NCBI GenBank assembly: GCA_036774405.1
Contig: DAIPBO010000012.1
Span: 18,645 to 82,644 of the forward strand
Direction of reading: 5' to 3'
Source: Chloroflexota bacterium
Lineage (GTDB): Bacteria > Chloroflexota > Anaerolineae > UBA1429
Length of the DNA stretch: 64,000 bases
Part shown: piece after piece, positions 1 to 11,130 of the stretch
Numbering within the stretch: the stretch's first letter is position 1
How the letters are laid out: the number at the start of each line of letters is the position of its first letter
Program-made: the position numbers and the translations under genes
Notes under the pieces: generated by a model
Database searches by the model: none
Told to the model about the DNA's origin: nothing
What the model saw: only the letters and a program-made list of their open reading frames with translations

Positions 1-939
1 TTGAGGCGGTGTGGCCTCAGCGATGATGGCCGCCGCATAGCCTGCATCGGCGAGCCGCCGCAACAGCCCCTGCGAGTGCTCGGCCGCCACAGCCACCACC
101 AGCGCTCCTGACGCGATGGTGCCCAGCGGGTCGAGCCCCAGCTTTTCGCACAGGATACGCCCCTCCGGCGCCAAAGAGATGGCCTCATGCTGCACCTCGA
201 GGCCGATGCCTGCTGCCATGGCCAGCTCGTGCAGGCCGGTGGCCAGGCCGCCCTCGGTGGGGTCATGCATGGCGTGCACACCGGGCCAACTGGCGGCCAG
301 GCGCGCTGGCTCGAGCACCGAGATGCCGGGGTCGAAGAGAAAGTTCTGTGCCCGCGTAATGGTATCGGCAGACACGCCCAGACTGCGCAGCAGGGGGGCC
401 TTTTCGCGGGCGATGATCGCCGTGGCCTCGATGGGGATGCTCTTGACCAGCACGATGTGGTCGCCCACGCGCGCGCCAGAGGTGGTCAGCAGGGCCTCTT
501 TGGGCGCCTCGCCGATCATTACCCCCACCACGATGGGCCGCGACAGAGCGTGCACCACTTCGGTGTGGCCGCCCACCGGCGTGATGCCCAACGCGCTGCA
601 TGCCTGGTGAATCTGTGCGAAAATGCCTTCGACCAGGGCAGGCGTGGTGTGTCCCTCGGGCAAGAGCACCGTGTTGAGCATCCACAGGGGCTGGGCACCA
701 CTGGTGGCTACGTCGTTGGCGTTGACGTGGACGGCATACCAGCCGATCTGATCGGTGGCAAAGGTGATGGGGTCGGTCTTGATGACCATGTAGCGGTCGC
801 CATTGTCGATGACGGCGACGTCTTCGCCCACGCCAGGGCCGGCGATCAGGCGGCCGTTGCTGCTGGCATACTGAGCCAACAGGCTCTGCATGTATTCGAG
901 GGGTAGCTTGCCCGTCGGAAAGATCGGTTGGTGTGTCAT
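1..939 (-). CDS. AIR synthase-related (PurM-fold) protein, HypE-like, 5'-complete but 3'-truncated by the window edge
   Basis: Reverse-strand translation from ATG (complement of 937..939) gives MTHQPIFPTGKLPLEYMQ...AVHVNANDVATSGAQP...GGHTEV...MHDPTEGGLATGLHELA. This is the PurM/HypE-superfamily pattern; 'NDVATSGA' matches the HypE 'NDVAVSGA' loop. No stop is reached before coordinate 1. The ORF is absent from the track because it is unterminated. Confidence 0.6.
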   Translation of the reverse strand, partial: MTHQPIFPTGKLPLEYMQSLLAQYASSNGRLIAGPGVGEDVAVIDNGDRYMVIKTDPITFATDQIGWYAVHVNANDVATSGAQPLWMLNTVLLPEGHTTPALVEGIFAQIHQACSALGITPVGGHTEVVHALSRPIVVGVMIGEAPKEALLTTSGARVGDHIVLVKSIPIEATAIIAREKAPLLRSLGVSADTITRAQNFLFDPGISVLEPARLAASWPGVHAMHDPTEGGLATGLHELAMAAGIGLEVQHEAISLAPEGRILCEKLGLDPLGTIASGALVVAVAAEHSQGLLRRLADAGYAAAIIAEATPPQ

Positions 940-1054
940 GCGCTCGGACCCGTGATGATGGTGCTCAAAGACCTACTGTACGCCGCCACCAGAGAGACGC
1001 CAAACGGGGGCCAAGCCAGAGCTCGACCCCCGCGAGCGATGTCAGACGGTCGCG

Positions 1055-2425
1055 TCAGTTGTGGTTCTTGGCAGGGAAGAGCAAGAACACCAGGTTCAGC
1101 AGAATGCCGATAACCGCCGAGGTGGCGATGGCCGGCAGCCCGTCGGGAAAGACGCCCGGAACTGCCAGCGGCAGGTTGCCACCGGGGAACATCGAGCCGC
1201 CGATGCCCACGATCAAGATGACAGCGCCGATGGCCAGCTGTTTGGGGTCGAACAGGTCGACCTTTTCGGACTGCATCAACGCCACGCCCTGCAGGCCGAT
1301 GACGCCGAACAAAAAGATGGCCAGGCCGCCGGTGACGGCAGTCGGCAGCGTCTCGACCACGGCGGCCAGTTTGCCGAAAAAGCCCAGCACCATGGCGATC
1401 ACGCCGGCAGCCACCAGAACGGGCACCGAGTAGTTGCGCGTAATGGCCATCAGCGAGTTGTTCTCGCCATAGTTGGTGCCGGGGCAGCCGCCCAGAAAGC
1501 CGTTGATGGCGTCGCCCACGCCGTCGAGGATCAGGTTGAGGCCGATGAGCCGCTTGATATTGAGCGGCTTGCGCCCCAACTGCTCGGCGAGCTGGTCGAC
1601 ATAGAGGCTGATCTGGTAGAGGTGGGCCGTGGACTCGGGGATGGTGGCAATGGCGATGGGGGCGATGGCCAGGATGGCCGACCACTTGAACACCGGCAGG
1701 GTAAAGTTGGGCACGCGCGCCCACTCGGCCGCTACTACCGGCGCAAAGATGTGTCGCAACGTCGTGTTCATGCCGTCGCCAAAGGTCATCATGCTGCGCG
1801 CAGGCCCCAACGAGGACAGGAACTGCCCTGCCTCGATGCCCTTGGCGAGCACATAGCCGCACAGCGCCCCCAACAGCACCGGAATCATGCTGACAAAGCC
1901 CTTGCCGCGTAGATACGCCGAAAAGACGATCGTCATCAGCGCCGTAAAGGCGGCCACGAGCCAGCCTGCCGAGGCCATATCGAGCGCTGTCTTGGCCAGC
2001 GAGATGCCGATCACGATGGCTACCGAGCCGGTGATGATGGGCGGCAGCACCTTGTCGAGCGCCTCTTTGCCCACCGCTCGAATGACCAGGCCGGCCAGAA
2101 TCGACACCACGCCGGTGGCGATGATGCCGCCCTGGGCCACCCGCACGCCGCCTGCCTCGGCGCCGACGATGGCCGCCACGGCAGCGATATACGAAAAGCT
2201 CGAACCATAGTACAGCGGGATGCGCATGCCCGAGCCCAACAGGGCGATGACGGTGGCCAGGCCGCTGGCAAACAGCGTGACGCCCACATCAAAGCCGGTC
2301 AGGATGGCCACCAGCACCGTCGCGGGGAACATGGTGATGACGTGCTGAAAGCCAAGGGCGACCATTGCCGCAAACGGCGGACGGTCTTGGGGCAGATAGC
2401 CGACATGTTTGGTTTGGGTAGCCAC
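1055..2425 (-). CDS. NCS2-family nucleobase (uracil/xanthine) permease
   Basis: 456-aa polytopic membrane protein with the typical NCS2 pattern (GFQHVITMF..., multiple Gly-rich TM segments). GTG start (read as M) lies 7 nt after GGAGA. Confidence 0.85.
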   Translation of the reverse strand: MATQTKHVGYLPQDRPPFAAMVALGFQHVITMFPATVLVAILTGFDVGVTLFASGLATVIALLGSGMRIPLYYGSSFSYIAAVAAIVGAEAGGVRVAQGGIIATGVVSILAGLVIRAVGKEALDKVLPPIITGSVAIVIGISLAKTALDMASAGWLVAAFTALMTIVFSAYLRGKGFVSMIPVLLGALCGYVLAKGIEAGQFLSSLGPARSMMTFGDGMNTTLRHIFAPVVAAEWARVPNFTLPVFKWSAILAIAPIAIATIPESTAHLYQISLYVDQLAEQLGRKPLNIKRLIGLNLILDGVGDAINGFLGGCPGTNYGENNSLMAITRNYSVPVLVAAGVIAMVLGFFGKLAAVVETLPTAVTGGLAIFLFGVIGLQGVALMQSEKVDLFDPKQLAIGAVILIVGIGGSMFPGGNLPLAVPGVFPDGLPAIATSAVIGILLNLVFLLFPAKNHN

Positions 2426-2556
2426 AGAGATCTCCTTTCCACCAATTCGACACGCTCGTCTGCCACACCATTGTGCCTTTGATGGCCACCATCGGCCGCG
2501 ACCGAAACCCCGGCACGAGAGCCAAACGCATCATAGCGGGGTGACTGGCACAAGGC

Positions 2557-2588
2557 GCAAAAAAAACGGAGACCAGAGGGTCTCCGCT
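2557..2588 (-). terminator. Intrinsic terminator downstream of rpiA (perfect GC-rich hairpin cggagaccagagggtctccg followed by an 8-nt U-run on the minus strand)
   Basis: Seen directly: A8 run 2559..2566 plus a 20-nt palindromic stem 2567..2586, immediately 3' of the rpiA stop at 2705. Confidence 0.75.
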
Positions 2589-2704
2589 GCTATCGCAATG
2601 GCAAGGTCGCGCCCATCAAGGGCGCGAACGCCTCCCACAGTGCCAATGTGTCCATGTCGCTGCGCTTCTCTCGTGCAAAACTGCGAGATTGTAACCAGAG
2701 ACGC

Positions 2705-3415
2705 CTATGATGTCAAACACAACTGGCCTGTAGCGGCATCGAGCCTGCCAATGCCCCGCGATGTGGCCACGATCACCTCGCTCACCATGCCGAGGAATAG
2801 GCCATGTTCGACCACGCCAGGGATGGCATGCAGCGCAGCGGCGAGGGCCTGGGGCTCAAAGGGCTCGGCATAGCGGCAGTCGAGGATATAGTTGCCTTCG
2901 TCAGTGACATAGGGTTGGCCGTCACGCAGACGCAGTGTGGGCTCGCCGCCCGTGCGCGCCACAGCGTCGCGGGTGCGCTGCCAGCCAAAGCGCACCACCT
3001 CGACGGGCACGGGGCTCACGATGCCCAGGCGCGGCGAAAGCTTGCGGTCGTCGACGACGATGATTTGGCGTATGGTGCTGTAGGCGACGATCTTTTCGCG
3101 CAGCAAAAAGCCCCCCAGGCCTTTGATGACGTTCATCTGTGGATCGACCTCATCGGCGCCGTCGATGGTCAGGTCGACACGCGGCTGAGCGTCCAGGTCG
3201 GTCAGAGGGATGCCCAGGGCCTTGGCCAGTGTGGCAGTCTCGATCGAGGTGGGCACGCCCAGGATGTCATGCAGCTCGTGACGGCGCAGACGCTCGCCCA
3301 GGTGCAGCGTCGCAAAGCGCGCCGTAGAGCCACTGCCCAGCCCCACCACCATGCCGTCCTGCACCAATTCGGCGGCGCACACACCCACCTGCTGCTTTAG
3401 CGTGTCGATGTTCAT
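2705..3415 (-). CDS. rpiA: Ribose-5-phosphate isomerase A
   Basis: 236 aa. GLGSGST motif, DGADEV and KGxGG motifs typical of RpiA. Confidence 0.9.
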   Translation of the reverse strand: MNIDTLKQQVGVCAAELVQDGMVVGLGSGSTARFATLHLGERLRRHELHDILGVPTSIETATLAKALGIPLTDLDAQPRVDLTIDGADEVDPQMNVIKGLGGFLLREKIVAYSTIRQIIVVDDRKLSPRLGIVSPVPVEVVRFGWQRTRDAVARTGGEPTLRLRDGQPYVTDEGNYILDCRYAEPFEPQALAAALHAIPGVVEHGLFLGMVSEVIVATSRGIGRLDAATGQLCLTS

Positions 3416-3495
3416 CTGCTCTGCCCCTCAAAGGACTGCAGCGATTATAGCCCGCTCGTAGCATTGCTGCCAGCGGCAGAGTCCCTGGTCGAGGT

Positions 3496-3525
3496 TTGAC
3501 GCTCATCTCGCCAGACGGCTATAAT
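3496..3525 (+). promoter_or_regulatory. Sigma70-type promoter (TTGACG, 18-nt spacer, TATAAT) driving the CHAT-NTPase cassette
   Basis: TTGACG at 3496..3501 and TATAAT at 3520..3525. Followed by a leader with GAAGGAG RBS and the ATG at 3562. Confidence 0.5.
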
Positions 3526-3561
3526 CCGGCCCGAAGAGGGCTTACGAGTGAGAAGGAGCCG

Positions 3562-5841
3562 ATGCTTTATTTGAGCCTGGACCTGCGCGTCTCTGACTGG
3601 GACCCTGCCTCCCGGAGCGCTCTGGTCGAGGTGCTGAACTCGCCTGCTGGCGAGGCGCCACCGCAGCGTGTACGCCTCGAGATCGACCCGGCGCGGCAGG
3701 GCGAGCGGCTGCTTTACACCGAAGGCAACGCGCAGCGCCTCGGTGAGCAGCTCTGGCAGAGCATCATGGTGGGCGAGATTCGCGATGCCTGGAGCCGTAG
3801 CTATCAGCGCGCTATCGATCGCCGCCGCGGCCTACGCCTGCGCGTACACAGCGATGACTGGCGCTTGGCGCAGCTGCCCTGGGAGCTCGCTTATGATCCC
3901 GCGCGACAGGAATATCTGGTGTACGACCGTCGCTTGTCGGTGGTGCGCTACGCGCGCATACCCAGCCCGCAGCCGGAGCCTGTGGCAACCGGTCAGCTGC
4001 ACGTGCTGCTGGTGGCCGCCTCTCCTCGTGATCAGGCGCCGCTCGATTGGGAGCGAGAGATTGAGCTGCTGCAGATAGCCCTGCAAGAGCTGGTGGACGA
4101 GGGGCGCATTGTGCTGAGTGTGTGCGAGCACGCCACGGCGCAGCGGCTGCAAGACCGACTGATGGAGACCATGCCCGAGGTGGTGCACTATGTAGGGCAT
4201 GGCGAGTACGATGCCACGCGGCAGACTGGTGCGCTGCTGGTCGAGACCGCCAACGGCGAGTCGGCACGCCTAGAGGCCCATGCTGTGGCGCGCCTGCTGT
4301 GCCGCTATCGCACGCAACTGGTCTTTCTCAACGCCTGCGACACGGCCCGCGGGCAGGCCATGGGTCTGGCGGCGGCGCTGATGCGCGGCGACATGCCCGC
4401 AGTCGTGGCTATGCAGTGGCCCGTCAAAGACGATGCCGCCATGCAGTTTGGGCGGGCGTTCTATCGCGGCATCTCGCACGATCTGACGGTGGATGAGTGC
4501 ATGTCTGAGGGGCGCCTGGCCGTGAGCACCGCCGGCGGCGAGCCTGCCGACTGGGGAGCGCCGGTGCTGTTCATGCGCTCACTCTCGGGTAACCTGTGGG
4601 TGCCCAGCGGGCAGTCATCCGCCTCGCAGGCCGCAGGTGCATCTGTCGTGACGGCTACAACGCAACCGGCGGTCGTTGGGGGTGAGAGCCGCTTTCTCAC
4701 GGGCAGGCCTTTGCGCGCAGGCCAGGATGCCGGCCTGATGCTACGACGCGATGAGCTGGCGCGGATACTCAAGCGCGCGCGGCTGCCAGCCGTCTCGCAG
4801 TATATCGCTGTGCTGGGCTCGCAGTACAGCGGCAAGACCACACTGCTGTTGCAGGTCAAAGATGCGCTGCAGGCCGAGCAGGCCTGCCTGTACTGCGACC
4901 TGGGCGTGCTGCACGATGCTGATCTCACCACCTGTTGTCGCCACCTCGCCTTTGAAGTCGCGCAGCAACTTGGGGCCCGACTGACAGCCAGGCAGGGCGG
5001 GGCGCTGCGCCGTCTTTCGAGCAGGATACTTGGTCAGCCCGCAGTGAGCGCCAGTCTGCTGGCCGAGGAACAACTGGCGCGCGTGCAGACGCCCGAAGAG
5101 CTGGTGGGGGTGCTTGAGGCCCTGTCGGCAGCCAGCCCCAGCGCGCGCATCACGCTGCTGGTTGACCAGGTAGACCGCCTGCCCGAAGATGTGGCTGTGG
5201 CCCTGCTGGGGGCTCTGCGCAGCATGTTGTTGACGGCACGCTGCGGTGGCAGCCCTCTGGCCAAGTATTTGGTGGTGTTGGCGGGCTCGTTGCGCTTGCA
5301 GGGTTGGCTTAACAGGCGCAACTCGCAACCTGGCTCGTTCGAGCGGCTGTATCTGGGTGAACTCGATGCCTGGCAGGTGGCGGGCGCGCTGGGTCAGTTC
5401 AGCCGCCTGGGCGTGCCCGTCGACGAGCAAGCGCCGCGCCTGGTGCTCGAGGCGACCGGTGGCCACCCCTACCTGACCATGCGGCTGTGCGCCTGGCTCG
5501 AACGGCTGCAGCCGGCAAGCATAGACGCGTCTGCCATCGAAGACGCGGTGGCCAACATGCTGGCCTCGGATGGACACCTGGCCGAGACGGTGGAGCGTGT
5601 AATGGCCGATGCCGGCCTGCAGGCCAGCATGCAAGCGGTGTTGGCGGGTGAAAGCCTACGCTTTGTTCGCAGCGACGCTGCGCTCTCGGCGCTGGAGCTC
5701 ATCGGCGTCATCACGCCGACCACGCCTGTGCGTGTGCGCAGCCGCCTCTATGAGCTGGCGCTGCGCGCCAGGTTGCCCAGGGCCACGCCGGCCGCCAACA
5801 CTGTTGCGGCCACCATAGCCCCCAAAGAGGAGACGAGATGA
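3562..5841 (+). CDS. CHAT-domain (caspase-like His/Cys) protease fused to a STAND/AAA-type P-loop NTPase
   Basis: The N-terminal region has the LPWELAYDP motif typical of CHAT proteins. The caspase-fold core has His in EVVHYVGHGEYD and Cys in LVFLNACDTARG. The C-terminal half has Walker A GSQYSGKTT, Walker B ITLLVDQVDRL and a GxP-like TGGHPYL. Start is set at the ATG with GGAG RBS (3562) rather than the track's 3496. Confidence 0.75.
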   Translation: MLYLSLDLRVSDWDPASRSALVEVLNSPAGEAPPQRVRLEIDPARQGERLLYTEGNAQRLGEQLWQSIMVGEIRDAWSRSYQRAIDRRRGLRLRVHSDDWRLAQLPWELAYDPARQEYLVYDRRLSVVRYARIPSPQPEPVATGQLHVLLVAASPRDQAPLDWEREIELLQIALQELVDEGRIVLSVCEHATAQRLQDRLMETMPEVVHYVGHGEYDATRQTGALLVETANGESARLEAHAVARLLCRYRTQLVFLNACDTARGQAMGLAAALMRGDMPAVVAMQWPVKDDAAMQFGRAFYRGISHDLTVDECMSEGRLAVSTAGGEPADWGAPVLFMRSLSGNLWVPSGQSSASQAAGASVVTATTQPAVVGGESRFLTGRPLRAGQDAGLMLRRDELARILKRARLPAVSQYIAVLGSQYSGKTTLLLQVKDALQAEQACLYCDLGVLHDADLTTCCRHLAFEVAQQLGARLTARQGGALRRLSSRILGQPAVSASLLAEEQLARVQTPEELVGVLEALSAASPSARITLLVDQVDRLPEDVAVALLGALRSMLLTARCGGSPLAKYLVVLAGSLRLQGWLNRRNSQPGSFERLYLGELDAWQVAGALGQFSRLGVPVDEQAPRLVLEATGGHPYLTMRLCAWLERLQPASIDASAIEDAVANMLASDGHLAETVERVMADAGLQASMQAVLAGESLRFVRSDAALSALELIGVITPTTPVRVRSRLYELALRARLPRATPAANTVAATIAPKEETR

Positions 5842-6188
5842 AGACGCTCTGGACGCCACGCAGCATCTATCTGTACATGGTCTGCCTCATCACGCTGGTC
5901 ATGATGATTGTGGGCAGCGTCAACCTGATTAAAGCGGGTACTGAGATGGCCTACCCTCAACCGCGGCCCTATCCGCAGTATGCTATCAAAATGCCAGACG
6001 CAGAGCCCCTGGACGCCGAGGCCGAGGCACGCTTTTACGAGGAGCAGCAGGCGGCCGAACGCGAGTGGGCACGCCGCAATGCCGTTCTGTCGATGGTGGG
6101 TAACGGCGCCCTGCTGGTCATTGCGGCGCCTCTCTACCGCTATCACTGGCGACAGGTGCAGCGAGAGCGCGAGATGTCTCAAACCTGA
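5838..6188 (+). CDS. Small membrane protein (2 predicted TM helices), translationally coupled to the CHAT-NTPase gene
   Basis: ATGA start/stop overlap with the upstream gene. Two hydrophobic segments (IYLYMVCLITLVMMIVGSVNLI and AVLSMVGNGALLVIAAPLY) flank a charged, Glu/Arg-rich loop. Confidence 0.55.
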   Translation: MKTLWTPRSIYLYMVCLITLVMMIVGSVNLIKAGTEMAYPQPRPYPQYAIKMPDAEPLDAEAEARFYEEQQAAEREWARRNAVLSMVGNGALLVIAAPLYRYHWRQVQREREMSQT

Positions 6189-6258
6189 CCGCCTCTGGTT
6201 GACAGGCTGCTCCCTGTACCCTAGAATAACGGTCAAATCTCACACAGGAGCCACTATC

Positions 6259-6627
6259 TTGAAGAGGCCGTCGCTGGGGCTCGTACTGGTTGCCGTACTG
6301 CAGATCATTCCCATCGTCATCATGCCACTGGGCACTCTCAAAGGCATGGGCATTGAGGTGTGGACGCCGCTCGTGGCCTTGTTCGCTTTGCTGGGGGTGT
6401 CTCTGCTGCTGCGCCGTGGTTGGAGCCGCGTGGCCAGCATCTTTGTGCAGGGGTTCAACATCCTCGTGCGTCTGCTGATGGGTGTGAGCAATGTGGTGGC
6501 CTCTGATAAGGTGGGCACAGGCTTTAATGGCGAACTGACAGTGACGTTTGCGATCTCGATTCTGCTCTCGGCCGTCGTCCTCTACTACATCGACCAGCCC
6601 GACGTGCAGCTGCAGATGCAGAGCTGA
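6259..6627 (+). CDS. Small polytopic membrane protein (about 4 TM)
   Basis: TTG start 8 nt after AGGAG (6246..6250). Hydrophobic throughout. The track ORF 5980..6627 is longer, but upstream of 6259 it overlaps the previous gene out of frame. Confidence 0.5.
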   Translation: MKRPSLGLVLVAVLQIIPIVIMPLGTLKGMGIEVWTPLVALFALLGVSLLLRRGWSRVASIFVQGFNILVRLLMGVSNVVASDKVGTGFNGELTVTFAISILLSAVVLYYIDQPDVQLQMQS

Positions 6628-6649
6628 GCTCGATACCGCGCAAGACCAA

Positions 6650-6684
6650 GACGCCGGACCTGAGTCCGGCGTCTTTTCTTTGTT
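6650..6684 (+). terminator. Intrinsic terminator (gacgccggac / gtccggcgtc stem plus TTTTCTTTGTT) closing the CHAT cassette; shared with the convergent ABC permease gene
   Basis: Seen directly: 10-bp GC stem and a 3' U-tract. Confidence 0.8.
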
Positions 6685-6694
6685 CAGATTGCCG

Positions 6695-7960
6695 CTACTG
6701 CTTTTCGTACACCTGGCCCTCGGCCGCTGGTGCCTCGGCGCGGCCCACCACACCGGCGAGCACGATCATGGTGATGAGATAAGGCGCCATGCGCATGAAC
6801 TGCGATGGAATGGGCACGCGCAGAATCTGCATCTTGGCCTGGAAGGTGTCTGTGAACCCGAAAATCAGCGATGCACCAAAGGCGCCGAACGGGTCCCATT
6901 TGCCAAAGATCATCGCGGCCAGCCCGATAAAGCCTTTGCCCGAGGTCATCAACTCGTCAAAGCGGGGCACCGAGCCCAACACCAAGAACACCCCGCCCAG
7001 CCCGGCCACCATGCCCCCCAGCAGCACGTTGATGTAGCGCATGCGGAACACGTCGATGCCCAACGTATCAGCAGCACGGGGATGCTCGCCCACGGCCCGC
7101 GTGCGCAGCCCCCAACGAGTGTGGTAGAGCATCACGTGCAGCACAATGAGCAGCCCAAAGAGCAGATAGACGATCAGGTTGTTCTCAAAGAACACTGGCC
7201 CAAGGATGGGAATGCGCGATAGCACTGGCACCGGCCAGTTACTGAACTTGCCGGGGTTGTTGAGGTGCTGGTATTGCGTGAGGAACTTGGCGCTGATGAA
7301 ACTGGTGCCCCCCGTCGCCAGGATGTTGATGGCGGTGCCGCTGATGATCTGGTTCACCTTGTAGCGTATCGACAGTACGGCCAAGAGCGCCCCCAGCGCC
7401 CCTGAGGACAGCACAGCGGCCAGCAGGCCGACCCACATGCTGCCCGCCAGGCTGCCCACCAGCGCCGAGACCATGGCGGCCGTGAGCATCATGCCCTCGA
7501 TGGCGATGTTGACGATGCCCGAGCGCTCACAGAGGATGCCGCTCAGAGCGGCCAAGGCGATGGGCGTGGCGCGCTGAACGGCGGTCTCGAGGATGCCGAT
7601 CAGGTTCAGGCTCTGATCGCGTGCGGCCCATGTCAAAAAGCCCAGCACCAAGAGCCCTGCCACGAGCCCCAGCACCAGGTCTTGCGCTCGCCCAAAGCCC
7701 CGCACAAGCTGCACCACGCCCAGGGCCACCGCGACCAGCGCCATGGCATAGAGGCTGGCCAGCACCGGCAAGGTGACGTTGGGTATGGGCGTTGCAGCCG
7801 TCTGCCGGCCTGGGTTAAGGCCAAAGGTGGCCAGCTGCCCCGGGCTCGAAGAGCGCACGAAGAAAACATAGATGATCAGCCCCATGGCGATAAAGGTCAT
7901 ACCCAGCGCTCTGCTCCGCCGCTTGGCCTCGGGGTCGACGATCGTTACCACAGCGCTCAT
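6695..7960 (-). CDS. ABC transporter permease (BMP/nucleoside-type uptake system, second permease)
   Basis: 421-aa polytopic protein. Start overlaps the stop of the upstream permease gene. Family pattern of the YufQ/NupC-like permeases encoded next to BMP-family binding proteins. Confidence 0.85.
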   Translation of the reverse strand: MSAVVTIVDPEAKRRSRALGMTFIAMGLIIYVFFVRSSSPGQLATFGLNPGRQTAATPIPNVTLPVLASLYAMALVAVALGVVQLVRGFGRAQDLVLGLVAGLLVLGFLTWAARDQSLNLIGILETAVQRATPIALAALSGILCERSGIVNIAIEGMMLTAAMVSALVGSLAGSMWVGLLAAVLSSGALGALLAVLSIRYKVNQIISGTAINILATGGTSFISAKFLTQYQHLNNPGKFSNWPVPVLSRIPILGPVFFENNLIVYLLFGLLIVLHVMLYHTRWGLRTRAVGEHPRAADTLGIDVFRMRYINVLLGGMVAGLGGVFLVLGSVPRFDELMTSGKGFIGLAAMIFGKWDPFGAFGASLIFGFTDTFQAKMQILRVPIPSQFMRMAPYLITMIVLAGVVGRAEAPAAEGQVYEKQ

Positions 7961-9416
7961 GCCTGCACCCCCTCTACGATGTCGGCCTCTGGGGGCTGTT
8001 CTTGGGCGCGGCGCTGCTTGATGCGGTAAATAGCCCGGATGATCTCGGGAGCGGCGATAAAGATGATGATCATCGCCTGCAAGATGGAGATGATGTCGAT
8101 GGGGATCTGCGCCACTGACTGCATGCGCGTGGCCCCCGCACGCAGTGTACCAAAGAGCAGCGCCGCCAGCACAACCCCCAGTGGGTGGCTGCGCCCCAGC
8201 AGAGCCAATGCGATCGAATCAAACCCGTATCCCGCTGAAAAGGCATTGGGCATGTAGTAGATCAGGCCGGTGATGTCGTTGGCCCCCGCAAGGCCGGCCA
8301 GGCCACCGCTCAGGAACATGGCCAGCACCATGCTGCGCGTGAGGCTGATGCCCGCATAGCGGGCGGCGCTGGGGTTGGCGCCCACTGTGCGTAGCTCAAA
8401 GCCGATCGTAGTCTTGAACAACAGCCAGTAGACCAACAGGGCCATCACCAGCGCCAGAAAGAAGCCGGCATGGAAGCGGATATCGCCTCCGAAGAAGCGC
8501 GGCAGCCGAGCGCTGACCTCGATCTCGGGTGAGATCGGGCGAAAGCCGCCCGGTCGCATCATCGGCCCGTTGAGCAGCCAGTCGCTCAACGCAAAGGCGA
8601 TATAGTTCATCATGATGGTGTTGATGACCTCATGGCCGCCGGTCTTGGCCTTGAGCCAGCCCGGGACAGAGCCCCATAACCCACCGCCCACAATACCCGC
8701 CAGCAAAGTAAGCGGCAGGTGCACCCACAAGGGCAGGCCTTTGAGGCTGTAGCCCACGAACACCGACGTCAGGCCACCCACAAAGTACTGTCCTTCGGCA
8801 CCGATGTTGAACATGCCAGCCCGAAAGCCCAGCGCCACTGCCAGGCCCGTCAGGATGTAGGGCGTAGAGGTGACCAGGCTTTCAGAGAGCGGATAAAAGG
8901 CACGGTTCAGCAGTGAAGGATCGCCGCGCAACCAGGCGGCCAGGGCCTGGGCCATCTGCCTGGGGTTGCCGATCGAACCTTCGAACAGCGCCACATAGGC
9001 CACGCGCACGGCGCGCCACGCGGCCCTGAGGCCTACGGCGGGCTTTTGGAAAAAGGTGAAATGGATCGTCACCCCTGGCCCCAGCTCAGGGTAGAGGGCG
9101 CGGGCCTCGTCGAGGCCGATCTGGGTGGTGGCATCGCGCACATCGCCCACCACGCGCAGTTGCTTGCCCTTGACCTCGACGGCATCGCCGATGACAACCT
9201 CGTTGGGGTGCCTCCAGAGGGCCTCTTCGAGCGAGATCTCGGTCTCGGGGTTGGTAAAGGGCACGGCCACCTGTCTGGGGATGCGCGTGAACGCAGCGAT
9301 GACCTGCAAATCGCTGACGATGATCAGCAGGCCTCCCAGAATCAGAGCGGTGACAATGGCCAGGAGCGGCATCAGCAGCGCCTGCAGGCGCTCATCACGG
9401 TTGTGCGGTGACCGGC

Positions 9417-9420
<4 letters not shown>
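7957..9420 (-). CDS. ABC transporter permease (BMP/nucleoside-type uptake system, first permease, with N-terminal periplasmic loop)
   Basis: 487 aa. Start overlaps the ATPase stop. Confidence 0.85.
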
Positions 9421-10967
<1,547 letters not shown>

Positions 10968-11070
10968 GCTCTCCTCCACGGTGGCGGCACGGGCAATATG
11001 CATTCTGCGGGCATTCTACTCGCCGAGGGGGGCTTTGGGCAAGCTGTCTCCTCTTGGGTGGCACGCGCAG

Positions 11071-11104
11071 ACAGAAAAAGGGAGCGGGTTTAGACCCGCT
11101 CCCT
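11071..11104 (-). terminator. Intrinsic terminator downstream of the fused binding-protein gene (agggagcgggt / acccgctccct stem, U-tract on the minus strand)
   Basis: Seen directly. Confidence 0.65.
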
Positions 11105-11130
11105 TTCAGTGGCTGCTGGCTACAGGGGTG

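Noticed and set aside
116-906. Plus-strand ORFs 116..610 and 187..906 (164 and 239 aa)
   Set aside because: Antisense to the HypE-like gene, whose reverse-strand translation has clear PurM-superfamily motifs. Products are Ala/Arg/Gly-rich low-complexity, as expected of high-GC antisense frames.
936-1912. ORFs 936..1862(-) and 1061..1912(+) overlapping the nucleobase permease
   Set aside because: Different frame or strand of a gene with an unambiguous NCS2 permease translation. No motifs. Arg-rich.
2426-2556. 5' leader of the xanthine/uracil permease, considered as a purine riboswitch
   Set aside because: The reverse-strand sequence lacks the conserved purine-aptamer cores (UAUA...UGGGA/ACCGUAAAU-like elements). 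Only ordinary GC-rich leader sequence is present.
4741-5634. 297-aa minus-strand ORF inside the CHAT-NTPase gene
   Set aside because: Antisense to a frame carrying CHAT and Walker motifs. Composition is typical of GC-rich antisense.
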